A stretch of 64,000 nucleotides of DNA, from assembly GCA_030704615.1 (NCBI GenBank), contig CM060733.1:19964001-20028000 (forward strand). The letters are read 5' to 3'. The translations under genes were made by a program, and so were the position numbers. Positions 50,160 to 59,093 of the stretch are shown one piece after another. The notes under the pieces were generated by a model. The model saw nothing but the letters and a program-made list of their open reading frames with translations. It was not told the origin of the DNA and made no database searches. This DNA comes from Takakia lepidozioides (lineage: Eukaryota > Plantae > Bryophyta). Each line of letters opens with the position of its first letter. Position 1 is the stretch's first letter.

Positions 50160-53100
50160 TCGAAGAACACTTTATTTCACATCAAAGAAGCAAAGGGCAT
50201 GCGCTAAGGAGAGGATGAGGAAGGCGAGACGGGAACTTAGAATGGGTGAAGAAACCTCCGGCGGAGATGAGAACGAAGGGCAAAACAGGATTTTGCAACC
50301 ACATTTTGGAGATGAAGGTCTTGAAGTGATCCCGGAGGCGACCGAAGAGCAACCTCCAATAGAAGGGGGGAGGATGAGGAAGTGAGTTGGGCTCGGGAGG
50401 AAGCACTGCGAGTGGAGAACCAGGTCTCGAAAGAGCAGGGAGGAGAGATGGACGCGGAAACTCTGCCGTCTGCCCTTGTTTCGCACCACCGGGACCTCGG
50501 AAGCATGCTACCTCCAGACCACATGGAAAAGTTGAATGCCTCAGGACCATCATCAAGTGCAAAGAAGAAACCGGAGGTGGCTATGAACTATCTTTTGCCT
50601 TTTCTGTTTTTGTCTTTTTCATGCTAAACATAGAGGTCGACTTCAACCTTGCGTTGACGCAAGGTTGATTTCGACCTCCTAAGTATATGATGTGGGCATG
50701 AAAATAGTGCAGAAGCTGCCCTACAAACAAGCTATGCAGAGCTGGGGAAGATAAATGCTTCCGATGCATCATCAATTGCTAAGATGAAAGCAGAGAATGC
50801 AATCTACTTTTCCAATAGATATTTTGTTTGCTGAACACCAAATCGAGAGCTCCTAATCAACCTTGCATCAACGCAAGGTTGATGCCGACCTCCAGAGTGT
50901 ATGTTTAGGGTTTAGGTGAATCGAAGCAGATGCAGCACTCAAACCAACCTTGCGTTGACGCGAGGCTGATTTTGATGCCTCTTTTGTTCACTCCAAGAGG
51001 CCGAATTCTCGTACAATGAACTGCAAGGTAGGGAAAATTGATTATTTGAAGCTCCCAGAAGAACCCTGCATCAACGCAAAGCATATATTGGGTTCAAAAG
51101 AAATTCCGAGATGCCTGTCAGACTAAGCTACATCCCCATCAATCAACCTTGCGTCAACGCAAGGTTGATCCATGGGAGCTCAATCTGTCACTCACAGGAT
51201 ATTCATTCTTTGCAGAGGAAAAGAAAAAGGAAATCCGTCGGGGAAGATTTGGCAGTGTCAGAAGGTGATTTTGAGGAAGAGTCATTGGAGGGCCACTATG
51301 AAGACAAGGCCAAGGAGATTATGGGTGGGCAAAAAGTGAACTCGTCGAAGGTGATTCTGTCGATGGAGGTTCCCGGCGGAAACTTGGTCATTCCGCTTTG
51401 CAGGATGATCTCCATGCCCGCTGTTCGACCAGCATTGAGGAATGACATCACGAAGTTGAAGAACAACTTTGTTCACGGCTATGTCAAGGGATCTGCAGTG
51501 TTCTACGTATCCACTATGAACACGAAAGGAGAGGAGTGTCTTGTAACGGAGGACATTGAGCAAAGTTGGGATGCTGCTGGCGGGATGTAAACAGGGAGTT
51601 CGAGTTTAAGCTGTCCAAAAAGACCTCCACAAAAGCATTTATGGGAAAGATGTTTTTTGTCTAGGATGGGAACCACAGACTGCTTGCCTGGATGGATTAC
51701 ATTTCAAGCATGCATACGGACGACATCGAATGGCACTGGAGCGTGGTTTCCATGGTTCTCGACCACAAAGGACGTGTCACGCAGCTCCTTACAGCCATGC
51801 ACGACATAAACAAGTAATTTGCCAACATTGTGTCTGTTCCGAGTTCCCACAATTTGGAATCCACTTATGAGTTGAAGGTTTTTCCAGGTCCAATGAAACC
51901 TCTCATGTGACGACCAATCTCTGCTTCCGCATCCAGAAGATAGGGCTGATGCCATTGGATTCATTCACGAACGTGCTCAATCCTCAGCAGATGAAGAGGT
52001 GTGCTGAGAAGAAGACAAGCACATGGTACAGCTTGACAAGAGAGGCTTTTCTTGACTACATGTACACTGTAAGCTTCTTGACACTTGTTTGCTTGTTGTT
52101 ACTGCAGATTTTGTCAAGAAACGCCAGTGTTTGATTCTTTTACCTGTTATGAATGCAAGCAAGAAATAACAGAAACTGGTTTGAAGGCGAAAGCTGAGTA
52201 CTATGATTCCCACACAGAAGAGCAGAGGTCTGCAACTGGGCTTGAGAACATGATGAAATTCGAGATGAACAATCAAAGGAAGAACCTCATGAGTGCATTC
52301 GACAAACAAATCCGGATAGCAGATCCAGGTCTTGGCACGGAATTTCTGGAGCAGGTGAAAGCACATTATGACAAGTATGGCTTTAAGCCAGAAATGACTC
52401 AAGAGAAACTACATCGCCTTTCCATTTCAATGGTGGACAATGCAACCAAAATCAGGTGGTTGGAGATCTGGAATTCGGATCCACTTGTGAGAGACACCAA
52501 CATGTTCCCAACTCCTGAGAGGGACTCGAAGACACAAGCAATAAAAGTTGTTAGCGACCACACATTCGACCAGTGGCTACACAAAGCCACATTCTGGAGC
52601 CAGGTATGGTTTCCACAAAACCATTTTCAGAAAGTAGTGTTGCTCCGTAATGTCTCGCGAATTCTTATGAGCTTTCTTGTTGCAGTTAGAAAAACGTGCA
52701 GTCGCTGCATTTGGGGAGTCCATGGCAGACTACAAAATCCAGATGGCTTGCCCCCGGATCACACTGGAGGCCTACATCAGGAGATGGAAGCTCGCTGTCT
52801 GGAACAACTGCTTCTTCAGGGAGTTTGAGAAAGACAAAGGAATCTCCAGGTCATACGAATTCAAAAACTAGTACAACAGCGAGCAAGCAATGAAACGAGT
52901 GTTGTACAAGTGTGACCTCCTTGAAACAAATTTGGTACTTGAAGGGCATGTTTCTGCATTCTTGTGTTGTACTTTCTATATAACAGCTCGAATTTGCAGG
53001 TTATGAGGGAGCTCTGAGGGCTCTGGATGTGCAATCGAGCAACATTGCGTTAACGCAAGCTTGTATCCCGTTGTTTTGGTTTCAATTTCCTATAGGTGGG

Positions 53101-55520
53101 GTCTCCCATAATGCCATTTTTCTCCATGTGAAAGGTGAAAAACTGACAGGAAAATTAGCCTTGCGTCAACGCAAGGTTGATGAAGGGCCAGGCTATGTAG
53201 GTTTACCTGGGTTTTTGGGCTATAATTTGCTGTCATTTCCAGTTTCAATGCTGCCAAGATGAACATAAAGTCTGTTTGGAGTCTGTTTGAAATGCTATTT
53301 AGAGCTTATTCTGTACCATCAAACAGACTTGCGTTGACGCAACGTTGTTTGGTGGTATGGATTGCTAGAAATGTCCCGCAGCAATACCCTGATTTCCATA
53401 CAATTGTAGGAAAGTTGTGGTTGTCAGATACCATGGACATGTGTTTCAACAGAGGAAATCAACATTGCGCCAACGCAATGTTGAATATCCGTACCAGTAG
53501 ATATTCGAAATGATGTTTTCAAGCACTGTTTTCCATTTCCACTGTAAATGAAAACAACCTTGCGTTGAAGCAATGTTGAATTGCCCTTGTCAAAGAACAG
53601 TTCTCCGCATTTTGTGTTTCCCATTTCTGCTCGATTCAACATTGCGTCAACGCAAGGTTGATTCGGGACTGCAAAGGTGATTTCTGCGTGTTGCTTTCCT
53701 GCATTTCAATATCCTTTTCCTGATGTGTGAGCTGTTTCATTTTCAGATCGAATGACTGCCTGGATTTTGTGTGTGTGATTCAGGTACATGTATCATGTCC
53801 TCATACCGGGAAAGTACCTTAGCGATGACCCAGACTTCATCTACTCATGGGCTGACCCCTCCAATGACAAGACAATGTACACGGCTGGTATTGCCAGAGA
53901 CTGGAGCAGGGCGCACTTCAGAGACTGTGGGTGGTACCTCGACCTGCCAAAACAAGACACACCATTCGATGAAGTTGTTTTGAGAAACCTGAACGACAAC
54001 GCAGCAGCAATTGCCCCACTGGCTAACAAAGACATTCAGGATAGAATCATTTCTGCTCTAGTTGCAAAAGAGCCCGAGAAATCTACTACTCCAAAACGAA
54101 AGGGGAAGATTGTCGGGGATCCAAAGGGGAAGGGGAAAAGTGCAGCTCCTCAAGGACAGGGACCGTCAGAGGTCCCTGAAAGACAGCCTTCTCCAACTAG
54201 GAGGGATAGGAGAACATCAAAGTTGAGGGAGCAGCCTTTCGAGGCGAGAGAACATCCCTCTAGGGTTTTGGGACAGTTCAATCGTCAGGTGCTGAATGAA
54301 AGTTTACTTGCAATGATGGAGTCCAGGAAGTCCACATTCAAAGGGGTGCCCTCGAAATCATGGGACATGCTTGTTTCGTTCCTCACTCAGGTAAGCACAT
54401 ATGTCTTAACTATTGTATGAGTGATTTTGGTTTGGCCACTTGTTCTGACTTATCCAGGGTGTTGATCTCGTGCTGGATTTGGATTTGGCTTCTTACACTG
54501 TCTCCTGTTTTTTGCTGAAGGTCACAAAAAGTCCGGATTGGGTGAATGGAGTTCAGCAGGCATACGCGACTAACCTTGTGGTGCTGGACATTCCTGACGG
54601 TTTTCCTGTCCCTGATGTGTTCCCTTCCAATTCGACCCCGACTTGGAACAAATCGGATTCTCGTTACTGGCAGTGGGCTTTCTCATTCAGCAACAAATTC
54701 CTTTTTGACTCGGGGGCTCTTCTTCTCATGCAGTCAAAGGACACGTCGGCACGAAGAACTCTTTTCAGCTACATGAAAGCTTCCGGGTTTCGTGTCATCA
54801 AAACTTGGACATGCATCAATGCTCTGCCTCTTACGAAGGGTGAGTTCCCGGGGCAGAAAGTGAGTTGGTTCCTCTCAATTAAAGTTTCATGGTTTTTCAG
54901 TAAATCAAAAGGTAGGTTGTGTCTTTTGCCTCATGCTCTCTTCGTGATTATTGACAGACTCGAGTGTTCGAAGCTTTGTGCCTGGTGAGGCGGAAGGACA
55001 CTCTTCCTCCTGGTGTTGCTGAGTTCCAGTTGAGGGACCTTGCAGCTCACATTGACCCCACCTGCGAGCCTGTGGAGGATGATGTTATCTTCAATTACGT
55101 CGACTCGGGTCGAACTATGAAAAGGTCGATTGGTGTCCCTTGGAGAGGTGCACGGGAGAAATCTCCAGCTTTCATGCAGACTTGGGTGGAGACATGCAGC
55201 CGTCATGGTGGACGAGTGGTTGACTTGTCTATGGGCACAGGTGGGGCCCTTCACATTGTGTTTGACATATGGGCAGTGACCTTAGGGAAGCCCTGTTTTA
55301 ATTTCTCGTTCGTCTTGGATTTGCAGGAGCATCTTTTCATGCTTGCAAGAGCGCTGGAAGGCACTTCTTTGGCATGGAGGCTGATACGGAGCTCTTCTCA
55401 AGCGAGCTTCGTCAGCTTGAGTCCGGCACTACTTCTGCCCCATCCACATAGGGACTTCTGGAGGAGCCCGAAGCGCCTGAGGAGGATCTCGACGTGGACT
55501 ACGATTTTGAGTGTGAGTAA
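50160..55520 (+). pseudogene. Multi-exon ParB/Srx-like + beta-class N6-adenine/N4-cytosine DNA methyltransferase-like gene
   Basis: Exon from 51216: IPLCRMISMPAVRP...FYVS...MFFV*DGNHRLLAW (DGNHR at 51665-51679). Spliced exons 53747-54390, 54521-54859, 54958-55240 and 55327 onward give NLVVLDIPDG (motif IV position)...GAREKSPAFMQTWVETCSRHGGRVVDLSMGTG|ASFHACKSAGRHFFGMEAD (motifs X-I-II, beta-class order). Frameshift ~51575 and stops are present. Confidence 0.75.
50645..53659. repeat. Eleven intronic type-B 22-bp palindromes (AACCTTGCGTyrACGCAAGGTT)
   Basis: Starts at 50645, 50859, 50946, 51062, 51145 (intron 50577-51215) and 53041, 53157, 53325, 53461, 53556, 53638 (intron ending 53746). Confidence 0.9.
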
Positions 55521-56345
55521 GTTCGGCTGTAGTCGTGCAAAATATGTTGCATTTACTTGTGTCATTCCCGTTTGACAGATGGTTGCTTACATTGTCTATA
55601 TCTGGATGTTAACATCTACCACCATTCCTCTTCTTGCTTTCCGGCACCAGTCATCGAATCAGCAGACACCTTTCGGTTTCCAAGGATACTACATGTCCCC
55701 GAGTCCCCCTAGAGCTTACCGCTTGCCGGTTTACGCTGAAGCTTGCGCACGGGTATTATCCCAACAATCAATGTATTCGCATCTACATGAAGGTCGTGGA
55801 AAAAAAAACGTCGCGGATGTGCTGCTGTATTCATAGATGATATTGCTGTAAACTCTGGAAGTGGTTCCTCTGAAACCTCCAATAGTTCTTGAGGTTCAAG
55901 TACCGAGGCTCAATAAATTGTGTTTTGGTTTTGCTTCCATCCCCAAACTGTTTTTCTAGTTCTTTGCGCGTTCCCGTAAGTACAGATAGGGATTGCCTGG
56001 GGTAGGTCTTCGGAATCCGGAATTGAAAAATGTTTGTGGGTTGGAATGAATGTACTGCTTTGCAAAACAAAAGGGTTTGCTTTTAATATTCAGTTCTCTA
56101 GTGGGCGATCTCCTCATTCCAAAGGGATGACCTCAATCATAAACCATCCGCAAACCTGCCATTGTTCTCGGCTAGAAAGAATATTCATGTGGGGGCAATG
56201 AAGAGGGATAAAAAATAAGGATCCGCGGTAATAGGGGAAGCCAAGGGGAAAGCAAGGTATTAGGGCCTAAACACGTGGATGCTTGCTTACGTGGCGTGAG
56301 CGAAGCCAGGCTCACAGGCTCACGCGCAAGCATCCCCCCGTGCGG

Positions 56346-56491
56346 CCGCCACCACCCGAAAAAAAACAAAAAAACCAATGTTTGGCGCTTCGCCACGTGG
56401 CGCCTGCCAGTGCGTGCGGAACGTGGCAGGCCAGGACGCGCACGTGCGGGCTGTACCGCCTGGCCGTGTGGCGATGCGCCGAGGTGCGGCC
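56346..56491 (+). repeat. GC-rich ~145 bp direct repeat, copy 2
   Basis: Same orientation as 31621-31765. Confidence 0.85.
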
Positions 56492-56949
56492 GAAATCCCA
56501 AAAAAATAAAAAAATAAAAATTGGCGCCTTGTGTTTGACCTAATCCGTGGTTGAGAGTTAGGTCAAATGACACTCCATCACAAAATAAAGGGAGGGTTTA
56601 TGGCGGCGCCTTGGGGTTAGGTCAAACCTCACCGCCGTTGGATCACGATAAGCCAATAGCAAAGATCTTGGCGATCGAACGGACGGTGTGCGGCTTAACT
56701 CCGCGATGCGCCGCACGCCCTCTGTTCGATCGTCAAGATCATTTGACGGGTCGCGGGCTCTCTACGTCCGTCAGATTTGTGACAGTCCTAATCAACGGTT
56801 GGAGCACTTGATCCATGTGGTGTATTCTTAATCATTTGCATTGGCGCATTAACAGCGCCCTGACCACCGCCAGATCTGCTGGGAGTCCATATCCACGGCG
56901 GGAACACTCCATCCTTGTGCTCGTTTACGCACCTCTGTGAGTGTACCAC

Positions 56950-58300
56950 GTACACCACACGTTAGGTAGAGGCATATATAATCTGTCATTCTGCACTCAT
57001 GCGTCCTTTTTTTTTCTCTCTTGCTCTGTCCTCCAGTCTGTCCTCCTCAGTCCATCCTATTTGTGTACCTTTGCATCTTTTTTTGTGTACCTTTGCATCA
57101 GCCAATATTCTCATGAGTATTTGCCTTGAGCTTTAGGGTTTACCAGAACATCTATTCATGTACAGACACGAGTTCATCGTGTAGTCAGATTATGTTCAAG
57201 CACATTAGTGTTTGTTTTAGGTTTTAGAGATTTCAAGGTTTGTTTCATTTCTTCGTTACATACCTTAGTCTCCCTACATTTTTACAGTTATCTTTATTTA
57301 ACTATCATCCATGCCTCATCCACTTGGATGATTATTCATCCATAGTAATGTCGACATTAGTGTCAAGGTCTGGCAGATTGTTGTTTAAAAACAAGCTAAA
57401 GTCTCATCACTTGACCTTCACTCTGTCCCACATCACATCAAATACCTAAAAGTACCTACTAGTGCATCTGAATATGATAACATGTCATCTTCTTCACTTG
57501 GTTTTTTTTTTTTTTTTTTTTTTTTTTTCCCTGGGTCTTCATTAACATATTCACCTGATTTATTGAATGACTCTATATTAGGATATCCAGTAAAGGCTGT
57601 TATTTTTTTTCTATCTATCTTTATCCGTCGAGACTAAAGAACGTCGACATTCATATCGACGTTCTATTTTTTACATCATTTCTTATTTTTCTTGGTCCTC
57701 ATCGACATATCCACATGACATATTCTAATTCTCTTAATATTTCTTCATCGGTCGGAGTTTTCTTTATTTCTATCTCTTAATTAGGATATTCCGCTACAGT
57801 CATTCTATTTTTCCTATTTATCTCTATCAGTAGAGACTAAGGAACGTTGACATTCATTTCGACGTTCTGTCTTTTCTCGCAATGGATTCCTTATCATCTG
57901 GTCTCAAATCTTTCTGTGTCACAAAACGACGAGGGTTGTAGACAACTATCTGAATGTGACTAGTGAAGGTCAGTGTCATGGGCGTCCATTGACCTCATTA
58001 ACAATTAGTGTGATAATCACTACATTTGAGAATGGCTATGGGACGATGCAATTGTCATATCCTCATATGGATGCAGACACACTAACTGAGGCTCTTGGGA
58101 CACCTGTCATGTGGGATTTGTGTGACATCTCTTTGGACTATCCTAACTCTAGTCCAGAATGTCATTTCTCGTCCAAAGATGGAGATGGATCATAAGAATC
58201 CGTGGATGGAGAAAATCCTCAGAGCCCTCTTGGAAGAAGTAATTGGAGAAATCGTATGTGTATCCTCTTAACGGAAAAAGGCGGTGACATCTACGAGGGA
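56950..58300. other. A-like non-coding segment with type-A palindromes
   Basis: Type-A palindromes at 57348, 57640 and 57843. The last two lie within a ~95-bp local duplication (57576-57670 / 57780-57875). Confidence 0.5.
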
Positions 58301-58303
58301 AGA

Positions 58304-58833
58304 TGTCGTGCGCATACATATCGCTACACAACTACATCGCTGTCCAAACCACACCACACATATATGCACAATAAAGTAGTCTGCCACAATGATAAGAAAG
58401 CTTGGAAAGACACACACTCTCAACACAAGAAATGTGAAATCCCTCAACATCACTCGTTAAAACAGTAGTCGAGCCAGGGGCACCCCAAGCTATGGGGACT
58501 CCACCCCACAACAACCTACACTCCCATCATGAGTACACTCAGATCTAAACGCATGCAGGAGCCCGGTCGCGCAGGCTCAACTCGAGAGAGATGAGCTGCG
58601 CGATTGCCGCTCTCGTGAAGATAAGACGGACCAGGTGTCAAACTAAACTTGACACCTGATTTAACACTTGACCTAAATCCAAGTGTTAAATACAAATAAC
58701 TAGTTTTATTCTAGCTGTTTTCACACTGTGCTTATTTAACTTGACAGCTGTCGTGCGCATACATATCGCTACACAACTACATCGCTGTCCAAACCACACC
58801 ACACATATATGCACAATAAAGTAGTCTGCCACA
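58304..58833 (-). repeat. 3' LTR region of the DNMT-gypsy: two identical 85-bp TG...CA units (58304-58388, 58749-58833) around a 360-bp spacer
   Basis: Minus-strand PPT-like AGGGGGGCGAT directly precedes TGTGGCAG at 58833. The two units are identical by eye. Confidence 0.75.
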
Positions 58834-59093
58834 ATCGCCCCCCTAGCTGGTGGATAGGTCCCTCTACCTCCAGATAGCTACAAGATGTAATAGCCACAGC
58901 CGTACTAAGTCCTCTATCACTGTCCCTATTGTACTCAAACTCTATAGACCAAGAGGCTGGGTACAAGAGTAGCCCCATCGTTAGTCGCCATCTTGCAATC
59001 TGTGAACTTGAGCCAGGACCTCGTGTGTTCAAGGTCTCCTAGTAGCTGGGCCTTGCGTTGCTTGTTAGCCTCCCATGGTTGTATCCACTCCCA

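Larger units (their letters stand above)
31900..56200. mobile_element. Large MULE/Mutator-type DNA transposon 'B' with divergent transposase and ParB-MTase genes (ends unresolved; ~11 kb without the gypsy insert)
   Basis: MULE transposase on the minus strand, ParB-MTase gene on the plus strand, type-B palindromes in both halves. No clear TIR or TSD found. Confidence 0.65.

Noticed and set aside
50160-55520. Bacterial contamination or prophage as the source of the ParB and MTase domains
   Set aside because: The gene has multiple spliceosomal GT-AG introns and is contiguous with plant TEs.
31621-56491. The 145-bp repeats as TIRs or LTRs of element B
   Set aside because: They are direct rather than inverted, and lack TG..CA ends, PBS, PPT or a TSD.
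58304-58388. Solo LTR
   Set aside because: The flanks GAAGA and ATGAT do not form a TSD.
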